Positions 1-10,009 of a stretch of DNA of 32,170 bases are shown in pieces. The notes under the pieces were generated by a model, which did not search any database, had not been told where the DNA came from, and saw only the letters and a list, made by a program, of their open reading frames with translations. How positions within the stretch are numbered: position 1 is the first letter of the stretch; every line of letters starts with the position of its first letter. Position numbers and translations under genes: made by a program. The stretch covers positions 1 through 32,170 of the forward strand of contig DATCRO010000730.1 in the NCBI GenBank assembly GCA_036569025.1, in the 5' to 3' direction. The DNA comes from Burkholderiaceae bacterium. GTDB lineage: Bacteria; Pseudomonadota; Gammaproteobacteria; Burkholderiales; Burkholderiaceae_C.

Positions 1-1
1 C

Positions 2-1420
2 ATCGGCAAGGCCGGCAACCCGGACGTCCAGCCCGGCGTGGACATCGTGATCGGCCCAGGCACCGAGATCATCGCAGCCGAGGGCCTGATCGTGACGGCA
101 GGAGCGATCGACACCCACATCCACTTCATCTGCCCGCAGCAGATCGACGAGGCGCTGGCCAGCGGCGTCACGACGATGACCGGCGGCGGCACCGGCCCCG
201 CGACCGGCACCTTCGCGACCACCTGCACGCCCGGCCCGGCCAACATCGAGCGCATGCTGCAGGCGGCGGACGCCTTCCCGATGAACCTGGGCTTCCTGGG
301 CAAGGGCAACGCGAGCCGCCCGGAGGCGCTGCGCCAGCAGGTCGAGGCCGGCGCGATCGGCCTGAAGCTGCATGAAGACTGGGGCACGACGCCCGCGGCG
401 ATCGACTGCTGCCTGTCCGTGGCCGAGGAGACCGACGTCCAGGTCGCGATCCACAGCGACACGCTCAACGAGAGCGGCTTCGTCGAGGACACGATCGCGG
501 CGTTCAAGGGCCGCACGATCCACAGCTTCCACACCGAGGGCGCCGGCGGCGGGCACGCCCCCGACATCATGAAGGTGGTCGGCGAAGCCAACGTGCTGCC
601 GTCGTCGACCAACCCGACGCGGCCGTTCACCGTCAACACGCTGGACGAGCACCTGGACATGCTCATGGTGTGCCACCACCTGGACGCCGGCATCGCCGAG
701 GACCTGGCCTTCGCGGAGAGCCGCATCCGCCGCGAGACCATCGCGGCCGAGGACATCCTGCATGACCTCGGCGCCATCAGCATGTTCTCGTCCGACTCGC
801 AGGCCATGGGCCGCGTCGGCGAAGTCGTGCTGCGTTGCTGGCAGACGGCGCACAAGATGAAGGCCCAGCGCGGCGCGCTGGCGGCCGACGGCGAGCGCAA
901 CGACAACGCCCGCGTCAAGCGCTACGTCGCCAAGCTGGGTATCAACCCGGCGCTCACGCACGGCATCGCGCACGAGGTGGGTTCGATCGAGGTGGGCAAG
1001 TGGGCCGACCTGGTGCTGTGGCATCCCGCCTTCTTCGGCGTCAAGCCGGCGCTGGTGCTCAAGGGCGGCTTCATCGCCATGGCGGCGATGGGTGACCCGA
1101 ACGCGTCCATCCCCACGCCGCAGCCGGTGCACATGCGGCCGATGTTCGGCAGCTTCGGGGGCGCGTGCGCGCGCGGCTCGCTCACCTTCCTGTCGCAGGC
1201 CGCGGTCGCCGCGGGCGTGCCGGGCCGGGCCGGGCTGGCCAAGCCGGTGTCGGCGGTGCGCGGGTGCCGCACGGTCACCAAGCGCGACATGGTGCACAAC
1301 GATTGGCTGCCGCGCATGGAGATCGACGCGCAGACGTATGAAGTGCGCGCCGACGGCCAGCTGCTCACCTGCGAGCCGGCCACCGAGCTGCCGATGGCGC
1401 AGCGCTATTTCCTTTTCTGA
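2..1420 (+). CDS. ureC: Urease subunit alpha (5'-truncated by window edge)
   Basis: Frame open from base 2 ([12 protein letters not shown]); motifs [48 protein letters not shown]-terminal [10 protein letters not shown]. Confidence 0.99.
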   Translation: MGKAGNPDVQPGVDIVIGPGTEIIAAEGLIVTAGAIDTHIHFICPQQIDEALASGVTTMTGGGTGPATGTFATTCTPGPANIERMLQAADAFPMNLGFLGKGNASRPEALRQQVEAGAIGLKLHEDWGTTPAAIDCCLSVAEETDVQVAIHSDTLNESGFVEDTIAAFKGRTIHSFHTEGAGGGHAPDIMKVVGEANVLPSSTNPTRPFTVNTLDEHLDMLMVCHHLDAGIAEDLAFAESRIRRETIAAEDILHDLGAISMFSSDSQAMGRVGEVVLRCWQTAHKMKAQRGALAADGERNDNARVKRYVAKLGINPALTHGIAHEVGSIEVGKWADLVLWHPAFFGVKPALVLKGGFIAMAAMGDPNASIPTPQPVHMRPMFGSFGGACARGSLTFLSQAAVAAGVPGRAGLAKPVSAVRGCRTVTKRDMVHNDWLPRMEIDAQTYEVRADGQLLTCEPATELPMAQRYFLF

Positions 1421-1468
1421 AGCGCGGCTCGAATCGCTGTCGCGCACCGGCCGCAGGAGTCCGACCCA

Positions 1469-1999
1469 ATGACAGAACACACGACGACCGCCTTGCAGGT
1501 CGGCAAGCGAATCGCGGGCGGCCAGGGGTTGAGCAGCGCGCTGGTGAGGCGCGCCAGCACGATCGAGCTGGACTGGGATGTCCGGCAGAAGAGCCGCATC
1601 GAGGCAACCGACTCGCTGGGACGCCTGCTGCAGGTATTCCTGCCGCGCGGCACCGTACTGCGTGGCGGTGACGTCCTCGTGGCGGAAGACGGCTCGCTGA
1701 TCCGCGTGACCGCGGCGGCGCAGCCGCTGCTGGCCGTCACCCACTGCCCGCAGCACGGCACGCCTTTCGACCTGCTGCGAGCGGCCTACCACCTCGGAAA
1801 TCGCCACGTACCGCTGGAACTGCGGCCGGACCGGTTGCTGCTCGAACCCGACCACGTGCTGGCCGACATGCTGCGTCGCCAGCACCTGGTCGTCGCCGAG
1901 ACCCAGGGCGCCTTCGAACCCGAAGCCGGGGCCTACGGGGCAGGCGATGGACACGGCCACGGCCATTCGCATGGCCACGCCCACGGGCACGAGCACTGA
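1469..1999 (+). CDS. ureE: Urease accessory nickel chaperone UreE
   Basis: LDWDVRQKSR, LPRGTVLRGGD, AAYHLGNRHVP, FEPEAGAY and His-rich tail; follows ureC. Confidence 0.97.
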   Translation: MTEHTTTALQVGKRIAGGQGLSSALVRRASTIELDWDVRQKSRIEATDSLGRLLQVFLPRGTVLRGGDVLVAEDGSLIRVTAAAQPLLAVTHCPQHGTPFDLLRAAYHLGNRHVPLELRPDRLLLEPDHVLADMLRRQHLVVAETQGAFEPEAGAYGAGDGHGHGHSHGHAHGHEH

Positions 2000-2002
2000 C
2001 GC

Positions 2003-2701
2003 ATGCCGGCCGCCAGCTTCCCCGGCCCGAAGACGTTCCTGCAGCTGATCTGGCTCGCATCGCCGGCGCTGCCGGTCGGCGGCTTCAGCTATTCGGAAGC
2101 GCTGGAGGCGGCCGTCGACGAGGGGCTGGTGCACGACGAGTCCAGCGCCGCGGCCTGGCTCTCGAACCAGATGACGCTGGGCCCCGCACGCGCCGACCTG
2201 CCCGTGCTCGCGCACGCGCACGAGGCCTGGGCCCGCCGGGACCTGGCCCGCATCACGGCGCTCAACGAGTTCGTCGCCCTCACCCGCGAGACGCGCGAAC
2301 TGCGGCTCCAGGCCGAGCAGATGGGCCGCTCGCTGGTGGAGTGGCTGCGCAACCAGGACGCCGCCGACGACCGGCTCGCGCACCTCGCGGCCCTCGCGCC
2401 GTCACCGACCTGGCCGGTTGCGTTCGGCCTCGCGTCGGCGCGCAGCGGTGCCACCGCAGGCCAGGCCCTGCAGACCTGCCTGTTCGGATGGGCCGAGAAC
2501 CTCGTGCAGGCGGCGCTGAAAGCCGTGCCGCTGGGTCAGCTCGCCGGGCAGCGCATCCTGCAGGCACTGCTCGAGCGCATGCCCGCGCTGGTGGAGCAGG
2601 CGCTCGCCCTGGATGAAGCGCACTGGCAGTCCTTCTCGCCGATGCTGGGCATCGCGAGCGCGCGGCACGAAACGCAGTACTCGCGCCTTTTCCGTTCATG
2701 A
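2003..2701 (+). CDS. ureF: Urease accessory protein UreF
   Basis: [19 protein letters not shown]-terminus and [12 protein letters not shown]-terminus. Confidence 0.97.
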   Translation: MPAASFPGPKTFLQLIWLASPALPVGGFSYSEALEAAVDEGLVHDESSAAAWLSNQMTLGPARADLPVLAHAHEAWARRDLARITALNEFVALTRETRELRLQAEQMGRSLVEWLRNQDAADDRLAHLAALAPSPTWPVAFGLASARSGATAGQALQTCLFGWAENLVQAALKAVPLGQLAGQRILQALLERMPALVEQALALDEAHWQSFSPMLGIASARHETQYSRLFRS

Positions 2702-2720
2702 CCTCCGGACCCACCCCTCC

Positions 2721-3392
<672 letters not shown>

Positions 3393-3654
3393 CCCCGGAG
3401 CGGCGCCGCCAGGGCCGTCGAAAGTGCGCTTGCTCAGCTGAGAGATCTCGCCCAGGCCCCATTGCGTCGCATCCGCCCGCCGTTGGTGGCGGTCATAACT
3501 TGGTCATGCGTCCGTCGGCCGGAATGCCGACAATCGACGCCTTGCCCGTCCACGATCGACGGACGTCACAAGGGGATTCAAAGTCGCTGCCAAGCCCAAT
3601 GACAAAGGCTCCGGACGCATCAGGCCATTCGCCGCGACGGACTTCCTGGACACG

Positions 3655-4455
3655 TTGCCCGGTTGCGCTCCGGAACCTCTCGACGAAGCGCCGCAACCTG
3701 CCTCCACCATGCTCGTTCTGCCCATCACGGGCGCTGAGCGAGGCCGTTCGGAGCCGCCTCCCGCATTTGGACAGGCGCCCAAACCCGTGACGAGCAAGAT
3801 GAGCGTTCAGCCGGCGCCCGCTCCTGCACCCCAGGCTCGAGGCGGCGTCGAGGCCAGCCCCGGATTCGCGGCCAGGGGGACTTTCCACCCCGAGGTCGCG
3901 CCGACGCCGCCGAGGGGAACCGGTGGCCCCGTTGACGCTTATCGTGCGCCGGCGGCCCACCTGCCCAGGCCGATGGCACCGGCAAGGAGGAGGGGCAGGC
4001 GACTCGGGCTGGTCCTGCTTTGTTGTTGCGCTGCCCTGGCCTCGGCCGTCGCGATCCAGCCGTGGCTCGGCAGGGCAATGCACGACGCCCGCATCGCGGC
4101 GAATTCAACGGCCCCTGCAGTCCCTGCGGCGATCCCGCAGCCCATGACCCGGGCGTTCGACGAGCGTGAAGCGCCGAGCCGGGAGCCCGTCGCCATTCCG
4201 GCGTCTTTGTCGGTCGAGCCTGGAGCGAGTGCTCCGGAGGCCGAGGAGCCGACGGCCATGCCCGCCGCACCGACCGAACCGTCGACGCTGGCGCCTGCCC
4301 CAGCGGACAGGAAGCGGGACCGACACGTCCGAAGCCCGCGTGCCACGTCACGGCCTGCGGACGTTGCCGCTGCCATCCAGGCCGCCCAGGCCCGGGCGGA
4401 TGCATTTCTCGCAGGGCGCCCGGCGTCTTCCGTCGAGCCGAACTCGACGCGGTGA
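3655..4455 (+). CDS. Hypothetical Pro/Ala-rich protein with one hydrophobic segment; start uncertain
   Basis: 266-aa ORF filling the gap between ureG and the REP; RRRGRR followed by LGLVLLCCCAALASAVAI. No family recognised. Confidence 0.4.
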   Translation: MPGCAPEPLDEAPQPASTMLVLPITGAERGRSEPPPAFGQAPKPVTSKMSVQPAPAPAPQARGGVEASPGFAARGTFHPEVAPTPPRGTGGPVDAYRAPAAHLPRPMAPARRRGRRLGLVLLCCCAALASAVAIQPWLGRAMHDARIAANSTAPAVPAAIPQPMTRAFDEREAPSREPVAIPASLSVEPGASAPEAEEPTAMPAAPTEPSTLAPAPADRKRDRHVRSPRATSRPADVAAAIQAAQARADAFLAGRPASSVEPNSTR

Positions 4456-4490
4456 ATCCCGCGAGGCAACGACCGACCGGTTCGGCGCCT

Positions 4491-4584
4491 CGTAGGGCGG
4501 GTTAGCCGCAGGCGTAACCCGCCATGGTGGCGCCTCGCAATGCCGGCGAACGGCGGGTTACGCCTGCGGCTAACCCGCCCTACG
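4491..4584. repeat. GTAG-family REP doublet (REPIN-like inverted pair)
   Basis: Perfect 33-bp inverted repeat 4491-4523 / 4552-4584 (cGTAGggcgggttagccgcaggcgtaacccgcc), 28-bp spacer; each arm has an internal ggcgggtta...taacccgcc hairpin. Confidence 0.9.
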
Positions 4585-4741
4585 GCGTCGGCTTTGCGGC
4601 AAGCAATCGCGGCATCGCGATTTCCGCTCAGGGTCGACGGGCGCCCCCAGCGCCGCCCGACGGCGGCGCCGAATGGTCTGACCAGCACCGGCGCATCTGG
4701 ACTCTGCATGCGGGCGCCCGCGCACCACGATGGCGATGCCG

Positions 4742-5614
4742 TCACGGCGCGACGCGCGGCGGCTGCGAGGCGGCATCGGACGACGGCCCCAGCCAGCGCA
4801 AGACGACCGCCAACGCGGCTGCGGCGTACACCATCCCGCCGAACATCCACATGATGAGCGCGCCGACCTGCTGGTCCTCCAGGGCCGTGAGGCCCCAGAG
4901 CGGTGGCTCGTCAGCGGCGTACCACGGCTGCGGCGCGAAGGTCAGCAGCAGGCCCAGTGCGTTCATCTGCAGCATGGTGGTCACCAGCAGCGCCAGCGCG
5001 GTGCCCTGGTGATTGCGGCGCCGGCTTCCGAAGACGGCCCACCAGAACAGCAGCGCCGACAGGAAGAACGAAGCGTGCTGCAGGGCATGGATGTCCTCGT
5101 CGCGGAGCGCGGCGAGGAACAAGGCGGGCACATGCCACAGCCAGAGCGCCGCGGCGTGCAGCCACCAGGCGCGCGTGGGCACGGCGAGCCAGCGCCAGGC
5201 CGTCGCCAGGGTGGCCAGCGCGCGGACGCCGCGCTTGCGCAGCGCCCACGACCAGGCCTCGTACGTGCGCGAGGCCGCGAGAAGGGGCGCCGCCACGATC
5301 ATCAGCAGCTCGTGCTGCGTCATGTGCGCGGCGAACGAGCGGTCGGCCAGCGTGTCGACGGGCGAATACAGCGCCACGACCAGCGTGCCCCATCCCGCCC
5401 CGAAGGCCACGACCTGCCGCACGCGGATGCCGCGGCCGGCGCCGGCGCGCCGCCAGAGGGTCGCCACGCCCTTGGCGTATCCGGCCACGCTCGCGACCAT
5501 CATGAACGCGAGCAGCGTCTCGAGCCCGAACGAGCGCGACGTTCCGCTGCCGAGCTGGTGTGCGATCGCTGCTGCCGGCAGTGCGGCGAGCAGCACGAAC
5601 GTCAACGCACGCAT
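4742..5614 (-). CDS. Cytochrome c oxidase assembly factor (caa3 CtaG-like)
   Basis: Multi-TM protein with FAAHMTQHELLM, WLWHVP, HALQH, LEDQQVGALIMW; ATG at 5614; last gene of oxidase operon. Confidence 0.88.
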   Translation of the reverse strand: MRALTFVLLAALPAAAIAHQLGSGTSRSFGLETLLAFMMVASVAGYAKGVATLWRRAGAGRGIRVRQVVAFGAGWGTLVVALYSPVDTLADRSFAAHMTQHELLMIVAAPLLAASRTYEAWSWALRKRGVRALATLATAWRWLAVPTRAWWLHAAALWLWHVPALFLAALRDEDIHALQHASFFLSALLFWWAVFGSRRRNHQGTALALLVTTMLQMNALGLLLTFAPQPWYAADEPPLWGLTALEDQQVGALIMWMFGGMVYAAAALAVVLRWLGPSSDAASQPPRVAP

Positions 5615-5925
5615 GGCGCGATCAACCAGGTCGGCAGCGACATCGCCGCGATGACGATTGCCGACATCGCCGCCGACCCCACCGCCAGGCCGGCCAGGAA
5701 CGCCTCGCGTTCGCCCGCCGCCGCGTGCCGGGTGCGGCTGTCCTTCCACGCATGCCAGGCCGACGGCAGCGTCGCGACCGCTGCGAGGAAGAACACGACA
5801 TGCTCGGCATGCACGACGATGGGTTGGCCGCGGGCGCAAGCCCAGCCCAGGGTGGCGAACGCGATCACCTGGTCCGCCAGCGCCAGCGCGGGCGCGAGAA
5901 GCAGTGCAGGCCAGATGCGCATCAC
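5602..5925 (-). CDS. Small three-TM membrane protein of the oxidase operon
   Basis: 107 aa, three hydrophobic stretches, Cys in WACA and APCVR; packed between subunit III and assembly factor. Confidence 0.75.
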   Translation of the reverse strand: MMRIWPALLLAPALALADQVIAFATLGWACARGQPIVVHAEHVVFFLAAVATLPSAWHAWKDSRTRHAAAGEREAFLAGLAVGSAAMSAIVIAAMSLPTWLIAPCVR

Positions 5926-5934
5926 CCTGCTCCC

Positions 5935-6582
5935 TCAGAACCGCGGAGCCCAGTACACGACGGCGTAGATCGGGATCCACGTCACGACGATGAAGACCCA
6001 GTAGCCGCAGTTCTCGGCGATGTCGACGTAGCGCTTGCCTTCGAGCGGCTGCTTGAACATCACCGCCGTCAGCACCATCGTGTCGACGACGTCCGTCACG
6101 AGGTTGAACGTGTGCAACCCCATCAACATCCAGATCACCGACCCGTACGCGCTGTCGTCCCAGCGCACGTTCAGCACGGTGAATTCCATGGTGCGGACGG
6201 CGCAGAGCGCAAGGCCGCACAGCGTCCCCAGGACGAGCATCAGGCGAACGACAGGCAGGTTCTGGTCGATCGCCGCGCGATCCGCGAACCAGTTCGGGAC
6301 GGCACTGGCGAGGATGATCACGAGGTTCACCGTGCCCCAGGCCAGGTCCGGCGCCGCGCCACCGGCCGGCCAGGTGCCCGACAGGCTGCGCAAGTAGAAG
6401 TAGATGATGATCATGAAGCCGAACGCGGTGCCCTCGATGGCGCACATGGCGACGGTGCCCCACCACATCACGCTGCGCGTCCCGAAACCGTAGCTCGGCA
6501 GCACCGAGACGTCGAGCGCGTCGCCGCGTTCGACGGCGGGCGTGCTCGCCGGCGTCGCTTCGCGCCGCGAGGCCTTGCTCAT
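5935..6582 (-). CDS. Cytochrome c oxidase subunit III (short form)
   Basis: IEGTAF, SAYGSVIWMLMGLH, YWVFIVVTW; ATGA overlap with subunit I stop at 6579-6582. Confidence 0.9.
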   Translation of the reverse strand: MSKASRREATPASTPAVERGDALDVSVLPSYGFGTRSVMWWGTVAMCAIEGTAFGFMIIIYFYLRSLSGTWPAGGAAPDLAWGTVNLVIILASAVPNWFADRAAIDQNLPVVRLMLVLGTLCGLALCAVRTMEFTVLNVRWDDSAYGSVIWMLMGLHTFNLVTDVVDTMVLTAVMFKQPLEGKRYVDIAENCGYWVFIVVTWIPIYAVVYWAPRF

Positions 6583-8492
6583 GGCCGCTTCTCCACCTCG
6601 AGCTCGGCGCTGGTCTCCTCCTCGGTCGGCCAGTACCAGGCGATGAACGCGATCGTCGGCGGGATCAGTCCGATCAGCATCCCCTTGTTGGAAAAGATGG
6701 ACCAGATGAGCCACAGTCCGACCGTCCAGGCGGCGATGATCGGCCAGGCGCCCGGACTCGGATAGAGGTAGCGGACGTCCGGCACCGCGTCCATCACCGT
6801 GGTGACGAGTCCTTCGCGCAGCCGGGTCGACAGGCCGGTCACGTAGCGCGGGCCAGCGGCCGGCGGCGACCAGACGGGCTCGCTCGATGCCACGACGGGG
6901 ATGCGCTCGAAGTTGTACGACGGCGGCGGCGAGGAGGTCGCCCACTCCAGCGACGGGCCGCCCCAGGGGTCGCTCTCGGCCTGGCGCCCTTTCCACAGCG
7001 CGCGGGCGATGTTGAAGATGAAGAGGAACATGCTGACGTCCTCGACCATCGCGCCCACCCAGGACACGAAGTTGAGCGTGCCCCAGCCCGTGTCGGCGGT
7101 GTACGTGTAGATGCGCCGTGGCATGCCGTGCAGCCCGAGCACGTGCAGTGGAAAGAAGGTCACGTTGAACCCGATAAACAGCAGCGCGAACTGCCATCGT
7201 CCCAGCCGCTCGTCGAGCATGCGTCCATAGACCTTGGGGAACCAGTAGTACACCGCGGCGAACAGCGGGAACAGCGCCCCGCCGATCAGCACGTAGTGCA
7301 GGTGCGCGACGACGAAATAGGTGTCATGCACCTGAAGGTCCAGCGGCACCGCGCCCAGCATGATTCCGGTGAGCCCACCGATCATGAGCGTCGCGAAGAA
7401 GCCCGCGATGAACAGCATCGGCGACTTCCAGACCAGGCGCCCGCCGGCGATCGTCGCGATCCAGCAGAACAGCTGCACCGCCGTCGGGATCGCGATCATG
7501 AAGCTCATCGCCGTGAAGAAGCTCTTGCCCAGCTCGGGCAGGTTCGTCGCGTACATGTGGTGCACCCAGAGCCCGAACGACAGGAAACCCGTCGAGATCA
7601 GCGACAGCACGATCGCCCGATGGCCGAACATCGGCCGGCGGGCGAAGGTCGGGATGATGGCGGAGATCATCCCGAGGGCGGGAATGAAGATGAAGTAGAC
7701 CTCGGGATGCCCGAAGTACCAGAACATGTGCTGCCACAGGAGCACGTCGCCGCCTTCCGCGGGATTGAAGAAGTGCGTGCCCGCCATGCGGTCGAACTGC
7801 ACCAGGTTCGCGCCCAGCATCACCGTGGGCATCGCGAAGATGATCATGATCGAGCTCACCAGCGACGCCCACGCGAACAGGGGCATGCGCAGCAGGGTCA
7901 TGCCCGGCGCGCGCATCTTCAGCGTGGTCGTCGTGAGATCGGTCGCGACCATCAGCCCCATCGCCTCGGTGAAGTTGACCAGGACGTTCCAGAAGTCCGA
8001 GCGCTTGCCGAAGCCGTATTCGGGTCCGGCCAGCGGGACGTACGAGAACCAGCCGGCGTCCGCACCCGTGTTGCCCGCGAAGCCCGCGAACAGCGTCAGG
8101 CCGCCGATGAGATAGATCCAGTACGAGCAGGCGCTCATGCGCGGGAAGGCGGTGTTGCGCGTCCCGATCATGAGCGGCACGAAGTACAGCGCGACGCCCT
8201 GCATGACCGGCACGGCGAACAGGAACATCATCGTCGTGCCGTGCATCGAGAAGACCTGGTTGTACAGGTCGGGACCGACGAGGGTCTTGCCGGGCGCCGA
8301 GAGCTGGTGCCGCATCAGGCCGCCCAGGACGCCGCCGGCCAGGAAGAACAGCAGCGCGGTGACGATGAAGCGCCGCGCGATCGCCTTGTGGTCGAGGGTG
8401 CAGATCCATCCCTTGAGCGTCGGCGGGTCGTCCCACGCGCGCGCGAGCTCGGCCCGGGCGTCCGCTTCGAGTGCAGGGAGTGCCGGTGCCAC
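6579..8492 (-). CDS. ctaD: Heme-copper oxidase subunit I (A-family, GHPEVY)
   Basis: All six His ligands: SMHGTTM, GHPEVY, WVHHM, VAHLHY; HDTY and GMPRR retained. Confidence 0.96.
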   Translation of the reverse strand: MAPALPALEADARAELARAWDDPPTLKGWICTLDHKAIARRFIVTALLFFLAGGVLGGLMRHQLSAPGKTLVGPDLYNQVFSMHGTTMMFLFAVPVMQGVALYFVPLMIGTRNTAFPRMSACSYWIYLIGGLTLFAGFAGNTGADAGWFSYVPLAGPEYGFGKRSDFWNVLVNFTEAMGLMVATDLTTTTLKMRAPGMTLLRMPLFAWASLVSSIMIIFAMPTVMLGANLVQFDRMAGTHFFNPAEGGDVLLWQHMFWYFGHPEVYFIFIPALGMISAIIPTFARRPMFGHRAIVLSLISTGFLSFGLWVHHMYATNLPELGKSFFTAMSFMIAIPTAVQLFCWIATIAGGRLVWKSPMLFIAGFFATLMIGGLTGIMLGAVPLDLQVHDTYFVVAHLHYVLIGGALFPLFAAVYYWFPKVYGRMLDERLGRWQFALLFIGFNVTFFPLHVLGLHGMPRRIYTYTADTGWGTLNFVSWVGAMVEDVSMFLFIFNIARALWKGRQAESDPWGGPSLEWATSSPPPSYNFERIPVVASSEPVWSPPAAGPRYVTGLSTRLREGLVTTVMDAVPDVRYLYPSPGAWPIIAAWTVGLWLIWSIFSNKGMLIGLIPPTIAFIAWYWPTEEETSAELEVEKRP

Positions 8493-8504
8493 GCGTGCCT
8501 CGCT

Positions 8505-9452
8505 TCAGGTCAGGGTCTCGAGATAGGCCACCAGCGCCGCGAGATCGGCCGGGGGCAGGAAATGCGACGGCATGTTGGCGCCGGGCTTGAGCTTCTGCGG
8601 ATCCTCGATCCAGCGCGCGAGCGCCTCCGGGGTGTTCGCGATGCTTCCGGCGCCGATGTGCGAGCGGCTGGCGAAATGCGTCAGGTCCGGCCCCCGCCGG
8701 CCCTGGGCGGTCGTGCCTTGCACCGCGTGGCACAACATGCAGCTGCCGGTGAGGAACAGCTCGCGACCGCGCACGGCGTCGGCAGCCAGAGGCTCGGCCG
8801 CCGACGCCCGTTCGTGCTGCACCCACTCGGCATAGCGCTCGGGTGGAAGCGCCACGACGTCGTAGGCCATGAACGCATGCTGCAGTCCGCAGAACTCTGC
8901 ACATCGCCCGACGAAGCGGCCTTCACGATCGGCGCGGAACTCGATCGTCGTGGTCCGGCCCGGGATCAGGTCCTTCTTCCCATGCAGGTTCGGTACCCAG
9001 AAGCTGTGGATGACGTCGTCCGCCTCGAGCGTGACGACGACCGGCCGGCCCACCGGGATGACCAGCTCGTTCGCGGTGGAGAACACGTGGTCCGCCCGCG
9101 GGTCTTCGTAGACCATCTCCCACCACCACTGGTGCGCCGTGACGCGGATCGTCACCGCATCGCGTCCCGGCAGCCGCGCCAGCGCCCGGTCGGTGAGGAC
9201 GCTGACCTCGAGGAGCCCGACGAGCAGCGCCGACGACAACAGCGTCGCGCTGCCGACCAGGATGCGCAGGGCGCGATCCTTGCGGATGGCTGCAGTTCCC
9301 GCTGCCGCCGCGGCGCGATGCGATCGCCACATCGCCACCCCGAGGGCGGCCATCACGCCGAGGAAGACGGCCACGCACAGCCACAGGCTGATCCACCACA
9401 GACGGGCGATCCAGGCGGCCTGCGGGCCCGCGGCGTCGAGGGCGTCGCTCAT
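8505..9452 (-). CDS. coxB: Cytochrome c oxidase subunit II with fused C-terminal cytochrome c (caa3 type)
   Basis: HQWWW, DVIHSFWVP, CuA motif CAEFCGLQHAFM, heme c CMLCH; ATG at 9452 overlaps upstream TGA. Confidence 0.95.
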   Translation of the reverse strand: MSDALDAAGPQAAWIARLWWISLWLCVAVFLGVMAALGVAMWRSHRAAAAAGTAAIRKDRALRILVGSATLLSSALLVGLLEVSVLTDRALARLPGRDAVTIRVTAHQWWWEMVYEDPRADHVFSTANELVIPVGRPVVVTLEADDVIHSFWVPNLHGKKDLIPGRTTTIEFRADREGRFVGRCAEFCGLQHAFMAYDVVALPPERYAEWVQHERASAAEPLAADAVRGRELFLTGSCMLCHAVQGTTAQGRRGPDLTHFASRSHIGAGSIANTPEALARWIEDPQKLKPGANMPSHFLPPADLAALVAYLETLT

Positions 9453-10009
9453 CAGCGCTTGTCCTCGGGCCGCGTCGGGTCGCGCAGGTCTTCCGGCGGA
9501 CCGCCCAGCAGGCTGTCGGCGCGGTTGGGCGCGGCGTCGCTGGACACCAGGCCCGACAGCGAGCGCACGTACGCGGCGATCTGCCAGGCCTGTTCCTCGG
9601 GAATGCGGCCGCGGAAGGCCGGCATGCCGTTCGGGCGCCCGTCCATGATCGTGGTGAAGATGTCGCCCGGCGTCTTGCCGTAGGTCCAGCCGGCGTCCAT
9701 GAGCGCGGGTCCGATGCCGCCGCCGCCTTGCGCGTGGCACCCGATGCAGTTGAACCAGCGGTAGTAGCGCTTGCCCTGCGCGAGCGTCCAGGCGCTGCGT
9801 TCGTCATAGCCGCCCGCCGCGGCGCGTTCCTGCAGGCCGCGACCCGGCGGCCCTGCGCTGAACGGAGCGGTGGCCTGCGCGCGAGCGCGCGCATCGGGCG
9901 CGATCGGCGTCTTGTCCAGGCGCCGCGCTTCGCGCTCGCACCCGGGAACGGCCAGCAGCAGCACCACCAGCGCCGCCACGCCGCAGGCCTTATGGAAGCC
10001 GGAAGACAT
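9452..10009 (-). CDS. Monoheme cytochrome c, probable lipoprotein
   Basis: CIGCH, GGGIGPAL, GRPNGMPAF; hydrophobic leader ending VPG-C. Confidence 0.9.
   Translation of the reverse strand: MSSGFHKACGVAALVVLLLAVPGCEREARRLDKTPIAPDARARAQATAPFSAGPPGRGLQERAAAGGYDERSAWTLAQGKRYYRWFNCIGCHAQGGGGIGPALMDAGWTYGKTPGDIFTTIMDGRPNGMPAFRGRIPEEQAWQIAAYVRSLSGLVSSDAAPNRADSLLGGPPEDLRDPTRPEDKR

Noticed and set aside
1945-1996. Repetitive cacggc tract
   Set aside because: Encodes the ordinary His/Gly nickel-binding tail of UreE.
4742-6466. Apparent long fusions or N-terminal extensions in the ORF track (also 5935-7197, 8505-9740, 17765-19072, 22865-25468, 24754-25818)
   Set aside because: Extensions overlap neighbouring real genes; internal ATGs with RBS or ATGA coupling give better starts.
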